A stretch of DNA of 64,000 bases. Source: an uncultured Candidatus Binatia bacterium. Its GTDB lineage: Bacteria > Desulfobacterota > Binatia > UBA9968 > JAJDTQ01. Position 1 is the stretch's first letter; every line of letters begins with the position of its first letter. Under the pieces are notes generated by a model that saw only the letters and a list, made by a program, of their open reading frames with translations, ran no database searches and was not told the origin of the DNA. The stretch covers positions 1,888,001-1,952,000 of the forward strand of contig OZ251459.1 of NCBI GenBank assembly GCA_965242525.1. Reading direction: 5' to 3'. This document shows, one piece after another, positions 41,045 to 50,977 of this stretch. Position numbers and translations under genes: made by a program.

Positions 41045-41674
41045 CTATTCCAGCTCGAACGGTATCTGCGTCGGGCCGTACCCCTGCCAGTACTTGCAGG
41101 TCTCGGGATCGTACCTGCCTTGCAGGAAGCCGCCGGGTTTCTCGGCCCGCACGATGATGGCCACGGTGCGCTCCTCCCCGCTCTCTTCGGCGTGGATCTG
41201 CCACGGGCGCACGAGGTCGATCTTGCCCGGCCCCACCTGGGCGTTCTCCGTCTTCCGCACCTCCGCATAGTCCGGCTTGGAGCAGTCGTCCAGGCGCTCG
41301 TAGCGCTCGATGGTCTCGTGCCCGTCCAGCACTCCGTAGAGGGTCCAGTTGTGGGCGTGGTCGTGGATGTTGGTGCGGGTTCCCGGCGCCTTGACCAGCC
41401 CGTTGATGACGAAGCCGTGGTCCGGGTCCTCGTAGAGCAGGAGGTTCTGGGCCCGCTGGCCGCCCTCGGAAAGGCCCCCCTGGTCACAGGCCGGCCACTT
41501 CTCCGACTGGGACTTCACGCCGGGGTCCTCCAGGAGCTCCGCCAGCAACGGCCCCATCTTCCGCCAGCGCGTGTCGGCGTCCGGCTCGTCCGCAAAGAGT
41601 CCGCGCGCCGCGGCGATGAACCGCCTGGCCGCGGACGGCTCCGTCTCCCGGGTCGGCATGGGTCGTGCGCTCAT
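41045..41674 (-). CDS. Cupin, cysteine-dioxygenase-like protein
   Basis: LLLYEDPDHGF, IHDH..NW..YGV..G.E, IHAE. Confidence 0.75.
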   Translation of the reverse strand: MSARPMPTRETEPSAARRFIAAARGLFADEPDADTRWRKMGPLLAELLEDPGVKSQSEKWPACDQGGLSEGGQRAQNLLLYEDPDHGFVINGLVKAPGTRTNIHDHAHNWTLYGVLDGHETIERYERLDDCSKPDYAEVRKTENAQVGPGKIDLVRPWQIHAEESGEERTVAIIVRAEKPGGFLQGRYDPETCKYWQGYGPTQIPFELE

Positions 41675-41759
41675 GATGTCTCCTCCCTTCGGTTCCGCTC
41701 CCGGCTGCTGCGGGCGCGGGTGGTTTGCTCCGCGGAATATCCGAGGACCCGGCGCCCTG

Positions 41760-42698
41760 TCAACCGGAGCCGGCGTCCTCCGCCGCGGCCTTGACCAGTT
41801 GGGACCGGGCGGTGTCCCGCAACTCGTCGAACCGCTCCCGGTCCACCTCGAAGTAATGGGGCCGCGCCGAGCTCTTGAGGATGTAGTGGTCGCCTTCCTC
41901 CGGGGACGCCACCGTATGCGTGACGGACGTTCCTTCCTTCAACTCGATCGTGTACTCCAGGACCCGCTCGCCCGCGTCGAAGAGCGCCTCGGCGTCCTCC
42001 CCGAGCACGTCCCGGAAGACCACTCCCGACACCCGCTCCACGAGCTTTCGGACCGCTTCCGCATCGGACTCTTCGTCCTCCCCGAGTCCTTCGACCTCGA
42101 AGACCCCTTCCTCCGCCCTCAACGCATAGGCCCCCATGTGGATGCGGGCGATGTGGTCCACCGCCGTCTTCAGGACCTCCGTGTCGTACCACCGGTCGGC
42201 GTCCACCGGGGCGTCGAAGGCGTTGAAGTCGATGGCGTAGGTGTGCTCGTCGCCGTCGAGGCGCGCGTGGACCTTGCGGAACCCCGGGGAAGAGCCCAGG
42301 AACAGGTCGCCCAGGACGTCCGCGCCCTGGAGGAACCGTATCCGCCGCTCGAAATGGTCCGGGACCACCTTGAGCCGTTTCGCCGCCGCCAGGGTCTTGC
42401 CCACCGGCCAGGACCTCTTCACGGTGAGCAGCTTCTCCTCGAACTGCTCGAACCTGGCCGGCGAGACCGGAAAGTCCCCGTGCCCGGGCAGGACCCAGCC
42501 GTCGCCCTTGCGCGTCATGCGCAGCCGCGGCTCCCCTGGCTGCTCGATGGTCACCGTATCCGCACCGGCTGCGCCCAGCGAAAGCAGCGGCTTGCCGGCT
42601 TCGACCACGCCCGCGTCGTCTCCGGGCAGGTTGACCCACACCGCCAGCCCCGCCTGGAGGATCAACGACAGCAGCAAGAGCTTGATGGTTCGGCCCAC
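41760..42698 (-). CDS. DUF4340 domain protein
   Basis: N-terminal membrane anchor; follows the GldG-like gene as is typical. Confidence 0.75.
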   Translation of the reverse strand: MGRTIKLLLLSLILQAGLAVWVNLPGDDAGVVEAGKPLLSLGAAGADTVTIEQPGEPRLRMTRKGDGWVLPGHGDFPVSPARFEQFEEKLLTVKRSWPVGKTLAAAKRLKVVPDHFERRIRFLQGADVLGDLFLGSSPGFRKVHARLDGDEHTYAIDFNAFDAPVDADRWYDTEVLKTAVDHIARIHMGAYALRAEEGVFEVEGLGEDEESDAEAVRKLVERVSGVVFRDVLGEDAEALFDAGERVLEYTIELKEGTSVTHTVASPEEGDHYILKSSARPHYFEVDRERFDELRDTARSQLVKAAAEDAGSG

Positions 42699-42732
42699 GC
42701 AGAGAACCTTTCCGTTTCGGGGGGCCCGGCCC

Positions 42733-45630
42733 TCAAGCCGCCAGCATCCCTTCGTAGCGCTCCTGGAGGCGGCGCAGGCGGTAGCGGTGCGCGCCGTAGA
42801 TCAAGAACAGGCCCAACAGGACCATGCCGTAGTTCAGGTACTCCCAGAACGCCTTCTGTTCCCGGGTCATGGGCACGAGGGTGCGCGCGAAATGGGCGCG
42901 GCTGCGGATGGACAGCAGGGCCCGGTCCTCCAACGACCAGTCCACCACGTTCTCCAGGAACTGCAACGAGTTGACGAACCGGTCGTTGGCCGCGGCGCGG
43001 GACAACTGGAGGGTCTGGTCGGTGAACGCTTCGTTGGACCCCACCAGGATGATGCGGGCGGACTCCGGGGACCTCTCGATCATGCCGGTGACCACCGGAG
43101 CGTCCTCCCCTGCCGGGGCGGCCCCCTCGGTCTCCCGTTCGGCCGGCGGCTGCTCCCCCTCCTCCCCGTCGTCCCGGGCCAGCAGCGGCGACTCCTTGTC
43201 CGCGTAGTAGGAGCGGAAGACGCCTTCCACCACCGCGGCCAGCACGTGGCCCTCGGGTTGCCCCTCCCTCTCGAAGCCGAGCTTCGGGTGGAGCTTGAAG
43301 TCTGGGTGCACCTTCAGGGATCCCGACGTCCAGGAGGCGTCGGAACTCGACAGCAGCGGAACCGCGCGGGTGGCGCCGGCCTCTTCCTCGGGAAGCGAAA
43401 GCGGCGACGCCCAACTCAGTGTCAACTGGGGCAGCCGGGCGGTAATGGGGTTGTCCCGGTTGAGCCCTTGGCCGCGCACGTCCACGAAATAGGGGTACGG
43501 CACGAACTGCAACTCGCGCACGGTGAAGGCGCCCGCGCGCCGGTTCACGTGGACCGGGAAAGGCTCGTTCTGCGGGTCCAGCACCAGGGTCTTCCGCAAC
43601 GCCACGCCGTAGTGCTCCAGCAGCGGCTCCAGGCCGGAAACGTGCCGGGCCGCGGCCAGGCCGGCCTCGGTCCGCCTCACCGTGTAGGGCGACGTGAGCA
43701 GGACCACGGAGCCGCCCTTCATGAGGAACTGGTCCACGGCGAACCGCTGCTTCGGCTCCAACCCCTCGGGCGCCGCCAGCAACAACAGGTCCACGTCCTC
43801 CGGCGCGAGGCCGGACTTCAGGTCCGCCCCGACCAGGTGGTAGTTCTCCCGCAGCTTCTGCTCCAGGAACCGGAACTGCCGGGCCTGGGGAGCGCCGCGC
43901 CGGGGCGGCTGCGGCGGCGGTCCATGGAACCCGATGGTCTTGATGAAGCCCGGCGCGAACCTCCGCAGGGCGGCTTCGATGCTCCGTCTGGCGGCCTCCC
44001 CGGTCAGCTTTCCGGGCAGGGGCACCTGCACCGTGGAGCCGTTGCTCTTCATGACCATGTAGAAGTAGAACCGCTTTGGGTCGAAGGGTCCCGCGGCCAT
44101 GGGGCGGAACCCGTACCGGTCGGCGAGCTGCCTGGCGACCTCCCCTCCCCCGGCCTCGGGATCCACGATGGCGTACCGGAACTTGCCGCCGGACTCCTCG
44201 CGCAGCGCGTCCAGGGATCTCGCCAGTTCCGTCCGGAAGGCCGCCATGGACCCGGGCAGCTTCTCTTCGGACGAGATGAAACCCTCGAACTCCACCGCTC
44301 GTTCGATACCGGCGAACAACGCTCCGATGTCCTGGAAGCCGTACAGCACCCTCTTGATGCTTCGGGCCAAGTCGTACTCCAGGTTCCGCAAACGCACTTC
44401 CGTGCCGCTCCGGCCTCCCTTGACCTCGATCAGGTCCGGGAACCGCAGCACTTCGTGCTTGTCGCCGTACTGGATCAGCAGGTCGAAGTAGGAATTGACC
44501 AGCGAGGTCTGGTAACGGTCCTCGGTGCGCAACGGGATCGGCCGTATGTCGTAGCGCTGGTTGGCTTCCTCCTCGACGTCGGGGTCTTCCCGCGGGTCCA
44601 CGAACTCGGCGCGCACCCGGCCCCCGCTGACGGTCTCGATCTCGCGGACCGTGTCCCGGATGCGGGGCGCCAGCGGCGCCAGCAACGGATGGGTGCGCGC
44701 GCTGAAATACCCCCGGATGAGCAGCGGCTCCTGCAACTGGGCGATGAGGTCGCGGGTGGCCTCGGAGATGGAGTAGTCCCTTCCTTCGGTGAGGTCCGCC
44801 CGCGCGGCCACGACCCGGTGGAGCCAGAAGTTGGCCAGGACGAAGTTGAGCGCCACCAGCGCCGTCACCGTCCGCCAGGCCCGGTGGCGCGGCCTCTGCC
44901 CCTCCCTCGACCATCGCAGCCGCTCCAGGGAGAAGACGTTCAGGGTGACGAAGACCCCGACGATGCTCAGGTAGTAATAGACGTCCCGGAGGTCGAGGAC
45001 GCCCCGGGTGATGGACTCGAAACGGACGCCCGTGGCCGCCAGGCCCAGGTATTCGGCCCAGCGGACCCCCACCAGTCCGCTCAGGGTATGGGCGCCCACC
45101 AGGTAGAAGGCGAAGCCCGCCAGAGTGGTGAGGATGAGGCTCGCGATCTGGCTCTCGTTCCGGGAACTGACGTAGAGGCCGATGGAGCAGTAGGCGGCCG
45201 CCAACAGCAGCGAAGCCGTGTAGGCCCCCAGCACCGGGCCCCAGTCCAGGTCGCCCATGAAGGAGACGGTCACCGGGACCCCCGCCGTCAGCGCCAGCGC
45301 CACCGCCACCAGGCCCAGGCATGCCAGGAATTTGCCCAGCACCAGGTGGAGGGTCTTCACCGGCATGGTGAAGAGGAACTCCAGGGTCTCCATGCGCCTT
45401 TCTTCGCTCCACATCCTCATGGTCAGGGCCGCGCTGAGGAAGATGAGCAGGATCGGCATCCACTCGAACAGCGGCCTCGCGTCCACGATGTTCCGCGCAA
45501 AGAACTGCTCGACCCAGAAGAAGAGGAACAGGCACACCGCGGAGAACGCCCCCAGGAAGATGAACGCCGCGGGGGACGAGAAATAGGTGGAAAGCTCCTT
45601 CCTTGCGATGCTCCAGACGCTACTCGACAT
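42733..45630 (-). CDS. Fused ABC-2 permease (GldF-like) and GldG-like substrate-binding protein
   Basis: IARKEL..YF.SP, MR.WSEE, LGKF; then DLT....YSIS, EYDL, DQFLMKGG, LLSIRSR. Confidence 0.88.
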   Translation of the reverse strand: MSSSVWSIARKELSTYFSSPAAFIFLGAFSAVCLFLFFWVEQFFARNIVDARPLFEWMPILLIFLSAALTMRMWSEERRMETLEFLFTMPVKTLHLVLGKFLACLGLVAVALALTAGVPVTVSFMGDLDWGPVLGAYTASLLLAAAYCSIGLYVSSRNESQIASLILTTLAGFAFYLVGAHTLSGLVGVRWAEYLGLAATGVRFESITRGVLDLRDVYYYLSIVGVFVTLNVFSLERLRWSREGQRPRHRAWRTVTALVALNFVLANFWLHRVVAARADLTEGRDYSISEATRDLIAQLQEPLLIRGYFSARTHPLLAPLAPRIRDTVREIETVSGGRVRAEFVDPREDPDVEEEANQRYDIRPIPLRTEDRYQTSLVNSYFDLLIQYGDKHEVLRFPDLIEVKGGRSGTEVRLRNLEYDLARSIKRVLYGFQDIGALFAGIERAVEFEGFISSEEKLPGSMAAFRTELARSLDALREESGGKFRYAIVDPEAGGGEVARQLADRYGFRPMAAGPFDPKRFYFYMVMKSNGSTVQVPLPGKLTGEAARRSIEAALRRFAPGFIKTIGFHGPPPQPPRRGAPQARQFRFLEQKLRENYHLVGADLKSGLAPEDVDLLLLAAPEGLEPKQRFAVDQFLMKGGSVVLLTSPYTVRRTEAGLAAARHVSGLEPLLEHYGVALRKTLVLDPQNEPFPVHVNRRAGAFTVRELQFVPYPYFVDVRGQGLNRDNPITARLPQLTLSWASPLSLPEEEAGATRAVPLLSSSDASWTSGSLKVHPDFKLHPKLGFEREGQPEGHVLAAVVEGVFRSYYADKESPLLARDDGEEGEQPPAERETEGAAPAGEDAPVVTGMIERSPESARIILVGSNEAFTDQTLQLSRAAANDRFVNSLQFLENVVDWSLEDRALLSIRSRAHFARTLVPMTREQKAFWEYLNYGMVLLGLFLIYGAHRYRLRRLQERYEGMLAA

Positions 45631-46552
45631 GGCCGCCCTGCTCTCCCGCTTCACGGAACACGGTTTCCAGCGTACGCGCCTCCTCGCTCATGCGATGCAG
45701 ATCCCAGCCCCGTTCCACCGCGGTCCGGGCAACCCCGGGCGCCACCTCGGCCGCGGGGGCGTCGAGATCCAGGCCGTAGCTCCCGGGGCCCGGCCCGTCC
45801 GCCGGGGTGACCCGGACCACTCCCGGGATCTCCCGGAGCCGCTCGGCCGCGTCGTCGGACGGGTTCCCGAGCCCCACCGCCAGCCGGTTGGACTGCCGCA
45901 GATCGCTCAGCCGGGCGTCCACCGCGATGCGTCCCCGGGCCATGATGATCACCCGTTCGCAGACCGCCTCCACCTCCTGGAGGATATGCGTGGAGACGAT
46001 GATGGTGGCGCCCTGGCTCAGGTCCCTCACCAGCGACCGCATCTGGAAGATCTGCGAAGGGTCCAGGCCGTTGGTGGGCTCGTCGAGGATCAGGATCTCC
46101 GGCTCGTGCACGATGGCCTGGGCCACCCCCAGCCTCTGCTTGTAGCCCTTGGAGAGCGTGCCCACCGGGTCCAGGGCCCGGTCGGCCAACCACGTCCGCT
46201 CCAGCGCCCGCCTGAGCGCCTCGGCCCGGCGGCCGTCCGGGACCCCGCGCAGGTCGGCGACGTACTCCAGGTAGCCCACCACCGACATGTCCGGGTAGAG
46301 CGGCACGTTCTCGGACAGGTAGCCCAGCTTGCGCTGGATGCGCAGGCGCGCTTCGGAGACCGCCATGCCGTCGATGGATATGGACCCCGCGGTAGGCTCC
46401 ATGTAGCCGGTGAGCAGGCGCATGACCGTGGTCTTTCCGGCGCCGTTGTGCCCCAGGAGACCCACCACCTCCCCCTTGCGGATGGAGAAGGAGACGTCGT
46501 CCACCGCGGTCAGGTCGCCGTACTTTCGGGTGAGGCCCGCTACCTCTATCAA
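45620..46552 (-). CDS. ABC transporter ATP-binding protein (GldA-like)
   Basis: [30 protein letters not shown]. Confidence 0.93.
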   Translation of the reverse strand: MIEVAGLTRKYGDLTAVDDVSFSIRKGEVVGLLGHNGAGKTTVMRLLTGYMEPTAGSISIDGMAVSEARLRIQRKLGYLSENVPLYPDMSVVGYLEYVADLRGVPDGRRAEALRRALERTWLADRALDPVGTLSKGYKQRLGVAQAIVHEPEILILDEPTNGLDPSQIFQMRSLVRDLSQGATIIVSTHILQEVEAVCERVIIMARGRIAVDARLSDLRQSNRLAVGLGNPSDDAAERLREIPGVVRVTPADGPGPGSYGLDLDAPAAEVAPGVARTAVERGWDLHRMSEEARTLETVFREAGEQGGHVE

Positions 46553-46809
46553 ACTGCGCCCTCCCGGCCCGCGCCGTTCATGGATCCTCCGAGATGGGTT
46601 CCCCGGGTTCCCGGAGCGAGACCGGGGATTTTAACAGATACGATGACGGGGGGCGAACTACGGAGGCGAACCGATGGCCGAACGGGGGGCGGGGAGGCCT
46701 TCGGCACGGCGGACCCGCCGCCTCCGGCCCTGCGGGCCGCAAGGAGCGCCATGCCAAAGATCGCACGGAAAACAGCCTCGACGGGAACTCCCTCCCCGGC
46801 CATCCTTCG

Positions 46810-47304
46810 TCAACGCAAGTTCCTGGGAAAGTCGAACAGCGCCTCGGCGCCGCGGGCGTACCCCACCGCGGGCCAGACGTCCGTCTCGAACCCCAGGTGC
46901 AGCACGCCGCAGGTGGGCAGGTTGGGGATCGGCCGCGGCCCCAGGTGGTTGGCGAGCTCGGTCAGCCCGGGGTTGTGGCCGAACAGCATCAACGTCGCCG
47001 CCGACTCGTCCACGCCGCGGACCACATGGAGCAGGTCGGCGACGCCGGCGCCGTAGAGACGTTCTTCCACCGCGATGCTCCCGTGCGCATAACCGAGTTT
47101 CCCGGCGATGATCCGCGCCGTCTCCAACGCCCGCACCGCAGGGCTCGACACGATCCGGTCGGGCCGGTACCCGCGCCGCGCAAGCCGGGTTCCCATCTCG
47201 GGCGCGTCCCGCTTCCCCCGTTCGTTGAGGGGCCTGTCACGGTCGTCCAGGGCAGCGTCCTTCCAGCTCGACTTGGCGTGCCGCACGAGGATCAACTCTT
47301 TCAT
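46810..47304 (-). CDS. SixA-like histidine phosphatase
   Basis: LVRHAKS, DRPL..RG, SSPA.RA, GHNP. Confidence 0.9.
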   Translation of the reverse strand: MKELILVRHAKSSWKDAALDDRDRPLNERGKRDAPEMGTRLARRGYRPDRIVSSPAVRALETARIIAGKLGYAHGSIAVEERLYGAGVADLLHVVRGVDESAATLMLFGHNPGLTELANHLGPRPIPNLPTCGVLHLGFETDVWPAVGYARGAEALFDFPRNLR

Positions 47305-47356
47305 ACGACCTCTGACGCTTCAGGAATTCGCGTGGGTTGTGACGCTCCCTCTCCCG

Positions 47357-48541
47357 TCATCCCCGCGAAAGCCTCGCCTCGTCATTCCCCGCGCCGCGCA
47401 ACGGCCGCTCCCACTGCGCAAGGTCGGCCTCGCCATCGAAACGATAGTCCTCGACGACCTCGGGATCCAGGGTAACCCCCAGCCCCGGCGCATCGGGAGG
47501 GCGCAGGAAGCCGTTGTCCGGCTCCAGGCGCTCCCTCAGCAGGCGGCTCCGGAGCGGGTTCTCGTTGTATTCGAACTCCATCACCGCCATGACGTCCAGG
47601 GCCGCGGCCAAGTGCAGGCTCGCGGCCAGGGCAACGCCGTCTCCATAGGTGTGGAGCGAGAGCGGAAGGCCCCGCCGGGCCGCGTCCGCGGCAATGGCGC
47701 GCACCTCGCTGACGCCGCCGGCCCGGGCCACGTCCGGCTGCAGGACGTCCACCGCGTCCCGCGCCATGAACGATTCGAACGCGAAACGGGTATGGAGGTT
47801 CTCCCCCAGGGCCACGGGCACTCCCGTACGGGCCTTGAGTTGCGCGTGGCCGTCCACGTCCTCCAGGAACAACGGCTCTTCCAGCCAACCCACGCCGAGG
47901 TCCTCGAAGGCGGACGCGGCCGCCAGGGCCGCGTCCAGGTCATACCCCATGTTGGCGTCGGTCATGAGCGGGAAATCGGCGCCCAGGGCCGACCTCACCG
48001 CGGCCACCCTCTCGATGTCCCGGGCGAGGTCGAAACCCACCTTGATCTTGATGCCGTGGAAACCCTGTCGGGCCAGGGTCTCGGCCTTCTCCACCGTCGC
48101 CGCGGTCTCTTCGGGGTACAGCGCGGTGGCATAGACCTCCACCCGGTCCCGGCGCTTGCCCCCCAGCAGCTCGTACAGCGGCGCTCCCTCCACCTTGCCC
48201 CGGATGTCCCACAGGGCCGTGTCCACGCCGCTGAGGGCCACCACCCCGACCCCTCTGGAGCCGAAGGCGCGGACGCCGGCGCCGAAATAGCCTTTGCGCC
48301 AGACCTCGTCGATGGCCAGCGGGTCCATGCCCACCAGAAGGGGCTTCAGCACCCGGGCGACGACGGTTTCCAGGAGGACGCCGTTGCCCGAGCACGAGCC
48401 CACTCCCGTGACCCCCTCGTCGGTATGGACCTCCACCAGCAACGCGTAGCGATGGGTGCGCACACCGGTGCGGCTCCGCACCTGACCGTGGACGGTCAGC
48501 GGCGCGCGCAGCCTCAGTGTCCTCACGTCCGTGATCTTCAT
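47357..48541 (-). CDS. Mandelate racemase/muconate lactonizing enzyme family protein
   Basis: SGVD.ALWD..GK, KIKVG, DAN, EEP, GEN, QPD..RAGG. Confidence 0.9.
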   Translation of the reverse strand: MKITDVRTLRLRAPLTVHGQVRSRTGVRTHRYALLVEVHTDEGVTGVGSCSGNGVLLETVVARVLKPLLVGMDPLAIDEVWRKGYFGAGVRAFGSRGVGVVALSGVDTALWDIRGKVEGAPLYELLGGKRRDRVEVYATALYPEETAATVEKAETLARQGFHGIKIKVGFDLARDIERVAAVRSALGADFPLMTDANMGYDLDAALAAASAFEDLGVGWLEEPLFLEDVDGHAQLKARTGVPVALGENLHTRFAFESFMARDAVDVLQPDVARAGGVSEVRAIAADAARRGLPLSLHTYGDGVALAASLHLAAALDVMAVMEFEYNENPLRSRLLRERLEPDNGFLRPPDAPGLGVTLDPEVVEDYRFDGEADLAQWERPLRGAGNDEARLSRG

Positions 48542-48655
48542 CCGGGTCCCCGCGGGCGGGGCCGCCCCCGCGCCTTGACACCCCCGCTCGGACGGCAGTA
48601 GATTTCCCGAAGGACGCCGCCCGACGGACGTCATTGAGCCACATTTGGAGTCGCC

Positions 48656-49681
48656 ATGCAAAGCAACAAGGTATGCATCCCGGCGCCGCACAAGCTCTCG
48701 GTGGGGCGGGACATGCTGGAGGAAGCGGGCTGCGAGCTCGTGCTGGGGATGGACCAGGACGAGTTCCCCAGGCACCGCTACACGGAAGACGAGCTGGTGG
48801 AGCTCATCGGCGACAGCGACGCCCTGTGGGCGGCCCAGCGGGACCTGTTCACCCGCCCGGTGCTGGCCCGGTGCCCCAGGCTGCGGGCGGTGGTCAAGGC
48901 CGCCATCGGCTACGAGACCATCGACGTGGACGCCGCCACCGAGCTCGGCATCCTGGTATGCAACAGCCCGGCCCGGGAGAACTTCACCGGCGTGGCGGAG
49001 GCCACGGTCGGGCTCATCTCCATGCTCTTCAAACGGCTGGCCCACAACCAGCAACTCCTGCGCGAGGGGCGCTGGAAGCGGAACGAGCACCGCGGCAGCC
49101 TCATGGCGGGACGCACCATCGGCATCGTCGGCCTGGGACGGGTGGGCAGGGAGACCGCCAAGCGCCTGGGCCCCTGGGAGATGCGGCTCATGGGCTGCGA
49201 CCCCTACATAACCCAAGAGTCCGTGCAGTCCCTGGGCGTGGAACTGGTCTCGCTGGACACGGTGCTCCGGAAATCCGACCTCGTGACCTTCCACGTGCCC
49301 CTGACCGAAGAGACGCGCCGCCTCGTCACCCTGACCGAGCTCCACAAGATGAAACCCACCGCCTACCTGGTGAACACGTCGCGGGGCGGCGTGATCAAGC
49401 AGGACGACCTGGTCCGGGCCCTGAACGACGGGGTCATCGCCGGCGCCGCCCTGGACGTCTTCGAGGAAGAGCCGCTGCCCATGTCGGACCCCCTCCGCGA
49501 AGTGGATCCCGAGCGGCTGATCATGACCCCGCACATCATCGGCACCAACCCCCAGTCCCAGGTCACGGGCGAGCGCATGGCGGCCCGGAGCATCCTCGCG
49601 GTGCTGGCGGGCCAAGCGCCCGAGACCGTGGTGAACCCCGAGTGCGTGGACGCTTGGCGGGAGCGGTTCGCCGCCTCTTGA
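48656..49681 (+). CDS. D-2-hydroxyacid dehydrogenase (SerA-like)
   Basis: GIVGLGRVG, LVNTSRG, ALDVFEEEP, TPH. Confidence 0.9.
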   Translation: MQSNKVCIPAPHKLSVGRDMLEEAGCELVLGMDQDEFPRHRYTEDELVELIGDSDALWAAQRDLFTRPVLARCPRLRAVVKAAIGYETIDVDAATELGILVCNSPARENFTGVAEATVGLISMLFKRLAHNQQLLREGRWKRNEHRGSLMAGRTIGIVGLGRVGRETAKRLGPWEMRLMGCDPYITQESVQSLGVELVSLDTVLRKSDLVTFHVPLTEETRRLVTLTELHKMKPTAYLVNTSRGGVIKQDDLVRALNDGVIAGAALDVFEEEPLPMSDPLREVDPERLIMTPHIIGTNPQSQVTGERMAARSILAVLAGQAPETVVNPECVDAWRERFAAS

Positions 49682-49757
49682 GCGCACGCTTTACCCACGT
49701 CGCATCAACCGCGGCCCCCGGGAAAAGGCGGGGACCGAGCAGGATTGGAGGAGGCCC

Positions 49758-50576
49758 GTGCCGGACAAGGAATGCATCATCGAGGAGATCTCCGAGGAGC
49801 AGGGCATCGCGTGGATCACCCTCAACCGCCCGGAGCGGAAGAACGCCCTGAGCCGGAAGCTGCTGCGCGAGTTGGCCGACAGTCTCGAGGCCCTGGCCGA
49901 CAACGGCGACATCCGCTGCATCGTCACCACCGGGGCCGGGAACGCCTACAGCTCGGGGCTGGACCTGTACGACCTGCGGACGGCTTGGCAGGGCAAGCGG
50001 CGGCTCTACGAAGGCGGCTCGGCGCGGGAGATCGTCACGCTGTTGCGCCAGTGCCCGCAGGTCACGGTGGCCGCGGTCAACGGCTGGGCCCTGGGGGGCG
50101 GGCTGGTGCTGGTGAACGGCCATGACCTGGCCATCGCCGCGGACACCGCGCAGTTCGGCATGCCGGAGATCATCCGCGGGAGCTACGGCGCCACCGCCAC
50201 GCCGACCCTCTTCCGCAGCGGCATCCCCTTCAAGAAGGCGTTCTACATCCAGCTCACCGGCGAGAACATCGCCGGGGTCGAGGCCGAGCGCCTCGGGCTG
50301 GTGTCCAGGACCGTGCCGGAGAAGGACCTGATCCCCTTCGTCCGGGACTTCGCCGCCACCATCGCCAGCCGCCACCCGGTGACCCTGGAGCACGCCAAGA
50401 TCGCCGCCTACACCGCCATGGACCTGGACAACCACCGCGGGCTGCTGGTGGACGAGATCATATCCCACCGCATGCGCGTCTATACCAACCCCCTGAACGA
50501 CGTGGAGGGCTACCTCCAGTCCCAGAAAGGCGGCGGCAACGCGGCCTACGAGAAGCCGGACGCGAAGAAGTCGTAG
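49758..50576 (+). CDS. Enoyl-CoA hydratase/isomerase family protein
   Basis: LNRPERKNA, SGLDL, AAVNG.ALGGG, FGMPE. Confidence 0.9.
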   Translation: MPDKECIIEEISEEQGIAWITLNRPERKNALSRKLLRELADSLEALADNGDIRCIVTTGAGNAYSSGLDLYDLRTAWQGKRRLYEGGSAREIVTLLRQCPQVTVAAVNGWALGGGLVLVNGHDLAIAADTAQFGMPEIIRGSYGATATPTLFRSGIPFKKAFYIQLTGENIAGVEAERLGLVSRTVPEKDLIPFVRDFAATIASRHPVTLEHAKIAAYTAMDLDNHRGLLVDEIISHRMRVYTNPLNDVEGYLQSQKGGGNAAYEKPDAKKS

Positions 50577-50584
50577 CCGTTGAC

Positions 50585-50977
50585 CTATGCAACCCCTTCC
50601 CTGGACGCCGCACTCGCCAGTTTCCTGTCGAGACCCACGAACCTTGCCCGCCGGCGTTTCGCCGTCTCCACGTAGGCTGCGTCGTAGGCGGTCAGGCCGT
50701 GACGCCTTGCCAGTACCGGTATCTCCCTGTCATCCTGGCGGTCGTCGGTGACGAACCGAAGGTTGCGGAGTCGGCCGAGGTGTGCTTCCGCCGCCTCTGC
50801 CTCGATCCGCTTCCTTCGTTCGGCAACGACCAGGACGTTGCGCATCTCGTGCCAGAAGATCCCGGGCACGACGGCCGTTTCGGTCCGCATTCGCTCGATC
50901 ATCCTGTCCGCAATGGCGATGCCTTCCGGCTCCCTCAGACACCAAGCCGCCGCCAACGAAGCATCCACCACGATCAT
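50585..50977 (-). CDS. vapC: VapC-type PIN-domain toxin
   Basis: VVDAS, VP..FWHE..N, LTAYDAAY, LDRKL; all four acidic PIN positions present. Confidence 0.92.
   Translation of the reverse strand: MIVVDASLAAAWCLREPEGIAIADRMIERMRTETAVVPGIFWHEMRNVLVVAERRKRIEAEAAEAHLGRLRNLRFVTDDRQDDREIPVLARRHGLTAYDAAYVETAKRRRARFVGLDRKLASAASREGVA

Noticed and set aside
41760-46552. Gld-like genes as evidence of gliding motility
   Set aside because: GldA/F/G-DUF4340 ABC modules are widespread outside gliding bacteria; no other gld or spr genes are present
47357-49687. 776-aa ORF as an enolase fusion
   Set aside because: The N-terminal half is antisense to the hydroxyacid dehydrogenase; the enolase starts at 48541
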